Part shown: positions 1 to 12,289 of the stretch, piece by piece
How the letters are laid out: each line of letters begins with the position of its first letter
Position numbering within the stretch: the first letter of the stretch is position 1
Assembly (NCBI RefSeq): GCF_001194135.2
Contig: NC_068989.1
Span: forward strand, 27,867,110 to 27,909,090
DNA length: 41,981 bases
From: Octopus bimaculoides
Taxonomy: Eukaryota
Reading direction: 5' to 3'
Program-made: the position numbers and the translations under genes
Notes under the pieces: generated by a model
Told to the model about the DNA's origin: nothing
The model's database searches: none
The model's input: the letters and a program-made list of their open reading frames with translations, nothing else

Positions 1-77
<77 letters not shown>
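1..77. repeat. Compound microsatellite (TA)n-(ATT)n
   Basis: Perfect TA run (1-40) followed by a perfect ATT run. Confidence 0.98.
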
Positions 78-80
<3 letters not shown>

Positions 81-855
81 TAAATTCAATGCAAATTATT
101 CTTCAGTCTCATGAAGCTCCTTGTTTCAGACTGATTTTATTACCAAATATGTTTAATAATTTTACATATTTTGAAAATCAATGACAATACCATATAACAT
201 TGGAAGCAGGAACATCTCGTAGATGGAATGCAGTCTATTTGCATTGAATTAATAAATAATAATTGATGTAAGTCAATTGTTGTTCATCAATATTTCTCCA
301 TTTTCAGTTTTCTTTGAATCTTGATTCTTGATATACCTATGTTTATCTTTGTCTTAACCGATAACTTATGATCATATGTTTGCATATGTACGTACATGAT
401 TAAATATATCATATATGTAATATACCAGTAGTGTAATGTATACTTCTATCCCTTAATGTATTAATTAACCAACATATTAACCAACAATTCCTTCATTTCT
501 CAGACAAGATTAAAATTACAAAACATAAAAATATATTTTGCATTTGAAATACCTTATAAGGAAAATCGTCACTGTTTTCAGACGACAATAATGGTTACAT
601 TGGGATGTTTTCGAAATATACACAATATATAAACATTTTTATTATGTGTTTATGTATATATGTGTGTATGTATATATACGCACATACACACATATACATT
701 TGTATGCGTATACATGTGTGTGTGTGTATAGATCTGGCGATTTTCTTTATGAGGTATTTAAAATGGAAGAGTATATATTTATAAATCTTTTGTAATTTTA
801 ATCTTATTTGAGAAATGAGACATTTGTTGGATAATATGCTGATTCATTACTGAAA

Positions 856-1028
856 TAATTTGTATCCATTAGATCTGTCTGTTTTCTAACTCAATAAAAA
901 TATCTGATATCTTACGATATTTTTTATAATATATTCATAGAAGGATAATCTATTTAATATATTAAAGCAGTGTCTCTTAGATAAATGTCCCTATAAGAGG
1001 TTTAGATATCCTCATTGTGACTATATAT
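856..1028 (+). repeat. Unclassified dispersed repeat ending in (TA)n; second copy at 32087-32266
   Basis: Colinear with 32087-32266 from TAATTTGTATCCATTAG to CTATAAGAGGTTTA..ATCCTCATTGTGACTATATAT, in the same orientation. Confidence 0.85.
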
Positions 1029-1495
1029 NNNNNNNNNNNNNNNNNNNNNNNNNNNNNNNNNNNNNNNNNNNNNNNNNNNNNNNNNNNNNNNNNNNNNNNN
1101 NNNNNNNNNNNNNNNNNNNNNNNNNNNNNNNNNNNNNNNNNNNNNNNNNNNNNNNNNNNNNNNNNNNNNNNNNNNNNNNNNNNNNNNNNNNNNNNNNNNN
1201 NNNNNNNNNNNNNNNNNNNNNNNNNNNNNNNNNNNNNNNNNNNNNNNNNNNNNNNNNNNNNNNNNNNNNNNNNNNNNNNNNNNNNNNNNNNNNNNNNNNN
1301 NNNNNNNNNNNNNNNNNNNNNNNNNNNNNNNNNNNNNNNNNNNNNNNNNNNNNNNNNNNNNNNNNNNNNNNNNNNNNNNNNNNNNNNNNNNNNNNNNNNN
1401 NNNNNNNNNNNNNNNNNNNNNNNNNNNNNNNNNNNNNNNNNNNNNNNNNNNNNNNNNNNNNNNNNNNNNNNNNNNNNNNNNNNNNNNNNNNNNNN

Positions 1496-1519
<24 letters not shown>

Positions 1520-1535
<16 letters not shown>

Positions 1536-1657
1536 TCTTCTGAAGGTTTCTTAGCAGGTAGAAGGTAGTGGCAGTCCTAAAAGAATATTTGATATGAGTT
1601 CTTGGTTTTGATTGCTTAATCAGCAGTAGTAGCCAAGGAAGAAGAAGAAGAAGAAGA
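1520..1657. repeat. Left arm of an inverted repeat flanking the Neptune-like element (pLTR-like)
   Basis: Reverse complement matches 2575-2770, including AAGAACTCATATCAAATATTCTTTTAG, GAAACCTTCA and the (GAA)n/(TTC)n tract. Confidence 0.85.
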
Positions 1658-1659
1658 GT

Positions 1660-2560
1660 ACATGAGTGGTATGACAGTAGTAGGATGTTGGTGGAATCCT
1701 CTTAAATGGTCAAGTGACCTGTTGTGGTTGTAATAGTAGTGATTGGAATTGTTCGGAATAAATTCATTAATAGTGACTGCTCTGAATATATCGTTTTTAA
1801 TATTTTCATGTGTATTATTGTAAGGCCCTTCTAGTAGTATCCTTCGTGGTTGACACATGTTGTATCATCCTTAAATTTATAGAGGGGAAAAATTCTGAAG
1901 CTGGGTTGTATCATCCTTAAATTTATAGAGGGGAAAAATTTTGTTAGTGGCGTAAATGTCAATGTGTTCGCTGAATGCTATTTTTCTGTATTCCCGAATT
2001 TTGATCTGGGATCTATGTATAGCCATCCTTTGACTTAGACTATTTTTGGTTTGGCCTATGTATTACTCTCGACAAGTTAATACATATATTAGATTCTTCG
2101 AAGCATACGTGAAGTTATTTTTCACTGTAAAACGTTGACTCTGTTTGAAAGAGAATTCCGATCCCACTATTAGTTTGACGCATATACCACAGTTAGGTCT
2201 TCCACATTTCATAATGACGTCTTCAGTCTTGTCGAGTATACTTGGACTTGTGTTAGGAGTCTTTTCATAAATTTGGGTTGTCTTTTGCTCTTTATGATGG
2301 TGTGAGTTTGGAGGATTAAATTGATTCTGTAGTCAATTTTTAGTCGGGGAATGTTCTGGTGTCGAAGGCTTCGTTGTTGTGTGTGGAGATGTATGGTAGC
2401 GCTTTTGGTTGTAAATTTTTCTTTAGTTTGGGATTTCTGAGTTCGTGGATGTTGAGTTGTAGGGCACGTTGAAAGCTTATGTCAATTAGTGATGGTGGGT
2501 ATTTCCTGGTATTTCCCTCTATAAATTCAGGAACGTATTTTTATTATTCTTTCTCTTCTT
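1660..2560 (-). mobile_element. Penelope-like element, Neptune-like, 5'-truncated and degenerate (RT thumb, Cys-rich linker, GIY-YIG endonuclease)
   Basis: Manual minus-strand translation gives KYPPSLIDISFQRAL, IIKSKRQPK, CGRPNCGIC (2180-2206), KNNFTYASKNLIYVLTC, YIGQTKNSLSQRMAIHRSQIK (YIGQT 2048-2062) and AFSEHI, broken by stops and frameshifts. Confidence 0.87.
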
Positions 2561-2574
2561 TTCCTACTCCCTCT

Positions 2575-2770
2575 TCTTCTTCTTCTTCTTCTTCTTCTTC
2601 TTCTTCTTCTTCTTCTTCTTCTTCTTCTTCTTTTTCGCCGCCTCCTTCCTCGGCTATTGTTGCTACTTAAAAAATCAAGAACTCATATCAAATATTCTTT
2701 TAGAACTGCTACAGCCTACAACTTGCTACGAAACCTTCACAAGAATAAAAATAAAAGAGAGACAGACAGA
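2575..2770. repeat. Right arm of the inverted repeat, including a (TCT)n microsatellite
   Basis: Inverted match to 1520-1657; perfect TCT run at about 2573-2630. Confidence 0.85.
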
Positions 2771-2907
2771 AGAAAAGAAAATGTCCCTTGCATTTGAAAA
2801 CTATGGAAATATTTTTTAAAAACTTTTCATTTAATTTTTCCTCCTTTTAATTGTTTTTCATGCTTTATTGAAAAAGTCGCAAAAACTGAAACCGATACTA
2901 ATATGCC

Positions 2908-3255
2908 CATATGTATACGTGATTCCAATAAACGAATGAAATAAGCAAATAAATAAGTAAATAAATAGATAAATAAAAAGAAACGAATAAGAATAAATGA
3001 GCGTACAAATATTAAACTCTTACAGCTGTTTCTACCATGGGGCTGCCGAATCTCCCAAGTTTTCCACATCACGCCAGTGATATACAGGGATTTTACGTGG
3101 AAAATTGGAAGATTGGGCAACCTCATGGTAGAACCAGCTGTAAGAGTTTAATTTTTGTACACTCATTTATTCTTATTCGTTTCTTTTTATTTATCTATTT
3201 ATTTACTTATTTATGTGCTTATTTCATTCGTTTATTGGGATCACTTATACATATG
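2908..3255. repeat. Long imperfect palindrome (arms about 160 bp, spacer about 25 bp)
   Basis: 2908-3070 is the reverse complement of about 3095-3255; this explains the near-identical opposite-strand ORFs 2827..3126(-) and 3037..3270(+). Confidence 0.95.
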
Positions 3256-3557
3256 ATTGTAATCAATTAATAAATAGATATAACTGAATGTTTATAGGCT
3301 TATGTTTGGCGATTACTTATCCTCTCCATTTTCTTATTTGCCTTATAAATCCTGGGTAAAATTCTGCTTTACCCCACCCGTACCTAGTATTCAATTGCGA
3401 TATTGCCCTGCATTAAAGCACTCGGATATAAACACGTAGGTATACATTACATCCAGTAGTATATTGGATATTTACTATCCCTTAGATGGTTGGTTAACCT
3501 CTATCTCATACAGACAAATATATATAATGTATGTGTGTATTTTCACGTGCATATAAA

Positions 3558-3596
3558 TGTGTGTGTGTGTGTATTATGCATGCATGTATTTGCATG

Positions 3597-3671
<75 letters not shown>
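3558..3671. repeat. (TG)n/(TA)n compound microsatellite
   Basis: Direct reading. Confidence 0.97.
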
Positions 3672-3672
<1 letters not shown>

Positions 3673-6600
3673 CACGCACATCTAGAGAGACAATCATACA
3701 AACTAGTTTTATCAGTACAATATCGTACTAAGCATTATTCTTTGAATAAACTTCCAAAATAGCCATGAGATAGAGTAGTCTAACAATGTATCCATAACTT
3801 TTGTAATTCATAAGTTTGAGTTGCTGTTCATGCAGTTACACTGCACATTAACAATTAATGCCCTTTGAAACGTAAGAACTGTCGTCGATCAAACAAAATC
3901 AATTTTACTATTGTGAATACTCTAAAGCTATATAGCGGCTAATGGATTTCACATTACTATGCCACTAATCCGCTAATGTTCTCCTGGAAACTGACCTCGA
4001 ATACAGCACCAGTGTAGGGACTCTTCACCATCTCAAAAGAAAGCTATTATTATTATTATTTTTAATATGATTATTATATTAATGTTATTATAATTATCAA
4101 GATAATCACTTTTACATCTGATGATTCATATGGATTGGACAAGCTAAATCCCTGTTAAGTTCTCTTACACAGAATGTCTGCATTTGCGCCTATGTTAGAA
4201 TTCAATTACCTTATATATAACAAGTAGGTTGTGAGTAATTTCGCTGTTAGTTATTCCCGGCTCAAGCATGTGTTGACCCAGGAGTAAGCATCGGCTTTAC
4301 TATCACGACCTTATCGTCTGATATACAAATATGTAAGACAGTTTTAATTAACATGTCCTGCCCTTATGTAAGACAGTGGTGCGTGATTTGAGGGAGATTT
4401 ATCTGCACATCGACTGAACACGCAGAATTTCACAGACTGGTTTCAGCACTACCAAAGTTGTTGCTTAGCCGCAGCGTTACCTGATCAAGTACTTTTGTGT
4501 ATACAAGTTTGTGTACACGTTTTTGAAATCTATGTTCTCCTCCAACCAGTCTATCTAAACACATCCCCAACTCTCCTTCCGAACACACTTATTTCTTCAC
4601 AAAATCATTCTATCTTTAAAATGCATCCTGTCAACAACGCAATTGTAAAGTTCCCCTATGTAAAATAATCCCCTGAAAACGGAGGCGACGTTATCCAATC
4701 TGTAGACAGAGATAAAATGTGTGTATGTGTATGTGCACATGCATGTGTTTGTGCTTGCGCATGTGTATGTGTACGCGCGCATATGTGTGTGTGTTGGCGT
4801 AATACATCAGTATAGAATATCACATTCATTAGAATTTTTAAAAACCACCTAATAATCTCCACATAACCGTTACTGTAGCATCCATGAATCATTTCTATAC
4901 CTCAGGGAAACAGGAAAGATTTCATAGTTTGGGCCCATAACTGTTTGTACCAAATTGTATTAACGTGACTGTAAACAATGTACAATCAAATCATCTAAAT
5001 AAAAATTGATGTAAATACGATAAATCATGAGAGTAACAGACGATTAATTTCTATTGTGCTTTATGCAGTGTACAAGTCTTCAAAGAAGTTTCTTTGTGTT
5101 TTTTATTGTTTAATCACAACAGGAGAATTGATTGCATTATGGTCTTTGTAATGGGAAATAAGCAATACTAATGCAGGCCGCAAATGGAAATAGCTCTTCA
5201 ATACACCAAGTTTTGTTTTGTATTCGGTTTGTTTGTTTGTTTGTTTGTTTTTCATCAGAAAGGAGACCAGGTTTGAATGCCTCCGACATCGTAAACTCTG
5301 ATGAAGGCAAAAAAAAGACTAGGTTATAGTGCAAACCTGGGTGATCGGTAAAATCTGCAACTCATAAGCCGATGTATTATATCCGACGGATTTCTCCATT
5401 TTCCGTCAACTCATTATCATCCAAATCTTTATCCATTATCTTCACATATCTTTAACGAAAGTCCTTCTTTCTACGAGTGTAAGGAGTGAACTACTTAACA
5501 ATTCCTCTATGCAACTACATATCAGGTTCTAATACGAAAATTGATTTTATCAAGACCAATTGATTAATAAAAATCGATGACGTAACAAGTATAAACACTG
5601 AAAGCATGAAACAAAAAGTATTATGTGGTGTAATAACAAACATTCAGTAACAGATTTCTAATACATAATATATTTTCGTATTAGAATTGGTAAGCTGGGC
5701 TGCATTGCAAAGTGGAGGTATAGGTGTGCTTTAAGCAGGTCGCTATGTACGCCTAAATCTCGCCCCGCAAGAACTGAAACCTTGAAAAATGTGAGAGAAA
5801 GAGGTGGCCTATAACTTGGGGCCGATATTTGGCTCAAATAAATTTATTTCATAGATAATGCAGGGCATATAAGAAGTGCTATATATTCATGACTCACTCC
5901 ATGCTACCCGGTGTTTCACACACGTGCCATATATATGATCTCTTATATATTGTCTTGTGAATGATTATGGCTAGCCGTTTCTGTGCTGCCCGTCGGACGG
6001 AAAATCTATGAAATTATATCATACGTGCAGAAATAGTTAAATTTCCGCAAACACTCCAGCCGATAGTTTTTCTGATCTGATGCTGAGAATATCGTTGTCT
6101 GCTTCAATATCAGGAACATCTCACTTAGGCAAGATAGGCAATTTCGTGACGTGTCCATCTTATTGGAAAACGTTTTGATAGTCAGACCCTGGGTTCCCAC
6201 ATAAAAAAGTTGTAGAAAATAATATTCTCCCTGTTTTTTCATCCAAGAGAATGAAGGCACCGATTGTAGCAACCCTGGGAAGTGTTATTCGTTATTCCTT
6301 TTAATGGGAGAAGTATGGATGGACGATAGACAACTCCTTTGGAAGAGCAGAAACATTTCAACAGACAAACGTTCCAACCGTCAGAGTTGGGGGTTAATAT
6401 ATTATTTTGGTAGTGATACAAAACATAGCTGCTCAGGCAAGTATAAATGATCTTATCATTGGGATTATTGAATAATTTGTTGTATTAATGAGTGGTCGGA
6501 AAGTGTTTCCTTACAGACATAATCAGGAATCTCTTGTCATGCTTATGGTTACGTTCAAGTAACGTCGAGTTCTAACTAAAATCGTCCTTCTATTTCTGAG

Positions 6601-7405
6601 TCTCCAATGACGAAGCGTAGATTAGTTGCATTCCGTGTAAACAAACTTCTCGCTGAATCAACGCGATTCTCGTTGTAGTATGGAGCTGCGTTTTTAAGAA
6701 TATCCCTCTACAAGGATAATTATTCAGGCTACAATGTTTCTAATTATAGCTGAAGTTTTGTGAAGCGATATAGCTTTCTTATTTTGCCTACGAGTAAACT
6801 CTGTCTGTTGAAACAAGTTCTATATCTAGTAAATTGGGAGCCAGTAATTTAATGCCAATAATTATGATTATGCCAAACTTCTTAAATATCCTTATCAAAT
6901 CCTTTATAAATCTATCCCGGTTGTGGCCACAATTTTTTCAAGAGTTTCTTTTAGTCGTAATGTCTGAATAATTGTGACCTTGGACAGAAAGTTTGCTTTC
7001 CCAGAATGTAGGAAATAAAGACTCTCACAAGACCTACCACTCCATTATCATCGTAACTACTCAAGATATTTTCGAGCAAGAGTTTACGATAAAGTTGACC
7101 ACCTGAAAAATAAGACGTTACTTTAACGAATCAAAAATCAGATCCGTTCGCGGATAAAATTATAAATACACCGGATTCCAAAAAACACCAGTTAGAAGCA
7201 AAAGTTCTTGTACACGACGAAAGAGTATGACAGAAACTGTAAACCAAATCCCCTTTTTTACTATCTTCATTTCTCCCTTGTTTTTCTCCCTCTTAACTCA
7301 GTATCACTGAAACCGTGATGATATTCATTTCTTGATATTGTAACATTATTGAAATTTGTACATATAAAGACGTTGACCCACAGTTTTTGTATTATTGACT
7401 GTAAT

Positions 7406-7560
7406 GAACATTGAAACTTTTAAACATTGAAACTTTTAAACATTTTTTCTAATTCAAAATTCTAAATTTGGCTGTTATGAACATTTAAACCTGTCAACAT
7501 TGAAACGTTTAAACATTTGTTTTTAAAATTCATAATCCTAAATTTTTACTAGTGATAAAC
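7406..7560. repeat. Degenerate AT-rich tandem repeat (AACATTGAAACTTTTA units)
   Basis: AACATTGAAAC(T/G)TTTAAACATT recurs near 7407, 7423 and 7496. Confidence 0.6.
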
Positions 7561-7707
7561 AACAAATATTTTGTTGAAACTAGTTTGGTATATATGTCAA
7601 TAAAATTCTTTTAAAACAATTACAAGTTTTTCAAACTTAGGTGCATTTTCAACAACAAATTTGCCTATATATTTTCCTGCATGGAAATACACCTCTTCTT
7701 TTGTTTT

Positions 7708-7718
7708 ACACACACACA

Positions 7719-7760
<42 letters not shown>
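7708..7760. repeat. (CA)n microsatellite running into an assembly gap
   Basis: Direct reading. Confidence 0.98.
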
Positions 7761-8733
7761 NNNNNNNNNNNNNNNNNNNNNNNNNNNNNNNNNNNNNNNN
7801 NNNNNNNNNNNNNNNNNNNNNNNNNNNNNNNNNNNNNNNNNNNNNNNNNNNNNNNNNNNNNNNNNNNNNNNNNNNNNNNNNNNNNNNNNNNNNNNNNNNN
7901 NNNNNNNNNNNNNNNNNNNNNNNNNNNNNNNNNNNNNNNNNNNNNNNNNNNNNNNNNNNNNNNNNNNNNNNNNNNNNNNNNNNNNNNNNNNNNNNNNNNN
8001 NNNNNNNNNNNNNNNNNNNNNNNNNNNNNNNNNNNNNNNNNNNNNNNNNNNNNNNNNNNNNNNNNNNNNNNNNNNNNNNNNNNNNNNNNNNNNNNNNNNN
8101 NNNNNNNNNNNNNNNNNNNNNNNNATATACGTACAGAATGTAAAAGGAACACTGTGTAATATGTAAATGTGCATATATGCGTGCAGATATAATGATATAA
8201 TTATATATATATATATATATATATAGCTAGATAGACAGCTAGATAGATTCGTATGTAAAAACTGAGAGAGAGAGAGAGAGAGAGTGGAGGAGAAGAAAGG
8301 CGACTAGGGATATATAAACTCGAATATTTTACCTATTTACCGACTTATATATCTCCAGGTAAATCAGATTAGGTGACGTTATCGATAGAAAAAATGCCAA
8401 TGTTTATGATATGATTAGACAGGTTGCAATCTTTTTACCACTCTCCGTAATGAAACATTTGTGTACTTTATGCATGTATCTTCCAAGTCAGCGTACAATT
8501 CCACTAACACCACGCCTCAAGCGATTACGTATATATGTCCAGATTCCTATAAACAAAATTCTCTCTCTAATATCTTATCTAACAGAATAGCAATTAGAAA
8601 TTTTGCAATACTGAAGAAAAGCATATTTATCTACGTCTATAACAGTGTCAAGTCTACATCACCATCGACATCGCCACCAACAAATAAATCGTTACCATTA
8701 CTAATACAGCAATTACCAACTCCATCTGAAAAT

Positions 8734-8862
8734 AGGCAGCGAAATGGTAGCGTTGGGCGAGCGTCGGGAAGACTACCACCTGGCATTTGTTCTTATTCTG
8801 TGTGATCCTAGTTCGAATGTCGCTGAAATCAACTTCACGCTCATCGATAAACTATGTAACTA
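8734..8862 (+). mobile_element. Degenerate tRNA-related SINE fragment
   Basis: GGCAGCGAAATGGTAG start and a B-box-like GTTCGAATGTC, resembling a recalled cephalopod SINE family; similar remnants at about 25340-25500 and 27320-27420. Confidence 0.45.
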
Positions 8863-9769
8863 TCAAGAGAATTAGACTGGCAGATTTGTAACACCTTCGA
8901 ACTGGATATCTTGCAGTATTTGTTTCTTCCTTCCTTCTGAGCTGAAATTCCGTTGCGGTTTATTTGGTTGGAAGACTGGTTTACATTACCATCTGTTGTA
9001 TTGGGTGCCTTTAGCAGAATCCACTCTGTTAGTGGCATTTTCGATTTGAGGGTGCTTCCCTCCTTTCACTCTCAGAAGCTCTTCAGAATTGGCATAAAAT
9101 CTCACCATCGCGTTTAGCTGAAATATAACAATTCCAAGAACTTAATACACCCAGTAGTGAGGAAGCTCCAAGTGTTAGTTTGCTCGACATACTTTAAATA
9201 ACTACGAAATCTTCTACAAACTGCACTGAAGACTCCTTGAAAAGGCAAGGATAATACAGTGTTCGAAATAAAGGTATGAGAAAAGGAAAGCCTACCTTTG
9301 ATTAGAGACTTGTTAGGTCAGGATTAACATACGGCTGACTAAATAAAAGAAGAACTAACTAAAAGAAGAAGCAAAAGAAGAGGAAGAGGAAGTGGAAGAA
9401 CAACGCTCCTAGGAAAAGTAACCACTTTACCCTCAAACCATATTCTACCATTTAAAAAAGGCCTAAAAGACAGGACATGAAAAGTACATAAAAAGTATTT
9501 TCTTTTAATTGCAAAGCACTTACAGAATGGCGTCAAGCAACAAGTATTAAAACAGGCCTCAAATATTTTGGGGACCACGAAAGAAATGAAAATAACTATA
9601 GGAAGCTGCTCTAAAAATCATAAAGCAATTGACATGTATGTAAATGATAAGTAACTATTGTATCAAGAATGCGTTCTTCATAAGTTTATCCAATGAGGGT
9701 TAACTTGTGGCTAAGCAACAACAGCATGACAACAACCTTTATCCATTGCGCCAACCGACTAATTTTTCT

Positions 9770-10370
9770 ATGAGACAAAACAACTACTGTCACTATCACC
9801 ACCACCATCACCATCACCACCACCTACCCCACCAACATCACTATTGTCTGCATCATAACCACTACCACCACCATTACAACAACAATCATCACATTTTCAG
9901 AATAACAGGTGTAATGGCATCGACATTATAATAAGACCAACGTCAAAGTACGACCATAAACATAAACACAACACCACTGTCACTACGAGTAAAATGGTGC
10001 CCATATATATCTGCATCCCTAAACCCACCCATATAAGCATTCGCACAATCAACACGATTACTATATATGACCACCATTATCAAAGCGATCTACGAATTAA
10101 AGCCAGGAACATCGCCACTGCTAACAACAAAACAATATGCAGTTCCGAACACGACGACGACCAGCACCACCAGTACCACCACCACNNNNNNNNNNNNNNN
10201 NNNNNNNNNNNNNNNNNNNNNNNNNNNNNNNAGCTGGAATATCTTTGATCTTAGGACAGCTCATTCAGTGCTGATCTAGGACTAAACATGTAACCACCAC
10301 CTCCACCACCACTAAAACCACCACCAACAACAACACCACCACCACCACCGTCATCATTAAACTATTCCAG
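9770..10370. repeat. Degenerate (CAC/CAT/CAA)n trinucleotide low-complexity region
   Basis: CACCAC/CATCAC/CAACAA runs that produce the poly-His and poly-Thr pseudo-ORFs. Confidence 0.85.
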
Positions 10371-11768
10371 ATCACCTAACGACATCAAATATAACCTCCA
10401 CTATAGTCTGATAATACTATTACCATCTCTACTTCAACAAAGATCGCGATTATTACTATCAACAATAGTTTAAACATATGAAAACTAGAATGAAGTCTAC
10501 ATTTGGTAGTTTTCCACGTTAGAAATAGCGGCCAAGTCCCGTTCAAGTTACACTTTACCGTGATAGAATAGTGCATTGTGGATAATATAATATTTGCTAA
10601 CTGCACATAGGAAAAATTACGACACAAAAAACGTGTATACACTCAAACATACAGAGGTGCAAGTGTGAGGGAAGATACAAGTAAAATAAAGAAGTAAGTA
10701 TTCACATAAGACGTATATAAATAAAAAATAATTATATATACATATACACACATACATACGAAAACACATAAACAACTAAATACACATACACATATACATG
10801 CAAATATATCTGCATACCTACACATACATACATATATATATATTATTAAAAAATAGGGTAAAAAATCATATATTAATTAATATCGATTAATTACCAGGAA
10901 GCTAGCACATTTAAAGAATCAAAGAGATTCAGAAACAGTATCTGCAATCTCAGGGGATTAAANNNNNNNNNNNNNNNNNNNNNNNNNNNNNNNNNNNNNN
11001 NNNNNNNNNNNNNNNNNNNNNNNNNNNNNNNNNNNNNNNNNNNNNNNNNNNNNNNNNNNNNNNNNNNNNNNNNNNNNNNNNNNNNNNNNNNNNNNNNNNN
11101 NNNNNNNNNNNNNNNNNNNNNNNNNNNNNNNNNNNNNNNNNNNNNNNNNNNNNNNNNNNNNNNNNNNNNNNNNNNNNNNNNNNNNNNNNNNNNNNNNNNN
11201 NNNNNNNNNNNNNNNNNNNNNNNNNNNNNNNNNNNNNNNNNNNNNNNNNNNNNNNNNNNNNNNNNNNNNNNNNNNNNNNNNNNNNNNNNNNNNNNNNNNN
11301 NNNNNNNNNNNNNNNNNNNNNNNNNNNNNNNNNNNNNNNNNNNNNNNNNNNNNNNNNNNNNNNNNNNNNNNNNNNNNNNNNNNNNNNNNNNNNNNNNNNN
11401 NNNNNNNNNNNNNNNNNNNNNNNNNNNNNNNNNNNNNNNNNNNNNNNNNNNNNNNNNNNNNNNNNNNNNNNNNNNNNNNNNNNNNNNNNNNNNNNNNNNN
11501 NNNNNNNNNNNNNNNNNNNNNNNNNNNNNNNNNNNNNNNNNNNNNNNNNNNNNNNNNNNNNNNNNNNNNNNNNNNNNNNNNNNNNNNNNNNNNNNNNNNN
11601 NNNNNNNNNNNNNNNNNNNNNNNNNNNNNNNNNNNNNNNNNNNNNNNNNNNNNNNNNNNNNNNNNNNNNNNNNNNNNNNNNNNNNNNNNNNNNNNNNNNN
11701 NNNNNNNNNNNNNNNNNNNNNNNNNNNNNNNNNNNNNNNNNNNNNNNNNNNNNNNNNNNNNNNNNNNN

Positions 11769-11815
<47 letters not shown>

Positions 11816-12242
11816 TATACACACGTATATGCGTGCGTGTGAATGTATCCATGTACAAAAGCATACATATACAGACAAAAACACGTATATATACATAAAC
11901 ACCTACGTATACTTGTATATACATATGCAGACAAACAAGACATTCATGCGCAAATACAAAATCATACAAGTAAAACATGGATACATACCTACATGCGAAT
12001 ATATATACATATATGCATACATAAGTATACATACACATACAAAAACATAAAAAATTCACACACACAAATATATACATATGTACATATATATACACATACA
12101 TACTCATACACACATATACATACATATACACACATGCATATAAAAACACGAGTGCAAGTGCATAAACATACCCCCACAAGCATGCATGAATGCATGCATG
12201 CATGCATGCATACATGCACACATAGAAAATACATACATACAC
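11769..12242. repeat. Compound TA/CA/CATG low-complexity tract at the 3' side of the Naiad-like element
   Basis: Direct reading. Confidence 0.9.
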
Positions 12243-12289
12243 ATAACCTAAGACTGTAATAAGAACTAATATGAAAAGGACAAAGAGGT

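Noticed and set aside
3490-3762. ORFs rich in CV, HT, YI or LS dipeptides here and at 7.7, 11.8-12.3, 29.2, 34.7-35.2, 36.1-36.8, 37.1 and 40.6 kb
   Set aside because: They are translations of dinucleotide repeats.
7011-7105. Peptide NKDSHKTYHSIIIVTTQDIFEQ resembling the Polinton/Maverick packaging ATPase SHH..S...TQ motif
   Set aside because: No Walker A or B is found upstream, it is bounded by stops, and there are no other Polinton genes nearby.
9050-9090. Minus-strand CTGAAGA-GCTTCTGAGAGT-GAAA hammerhead-like core
   Set aside because: Stem III does not lead to a UH cleavage site, stem II closes with G-U, and there is no stem I; likely chance.
9707-9931. Poly-His ORF
   Set aside because: It is a degenerate CAC/CAT repeat with no splice or homology support.
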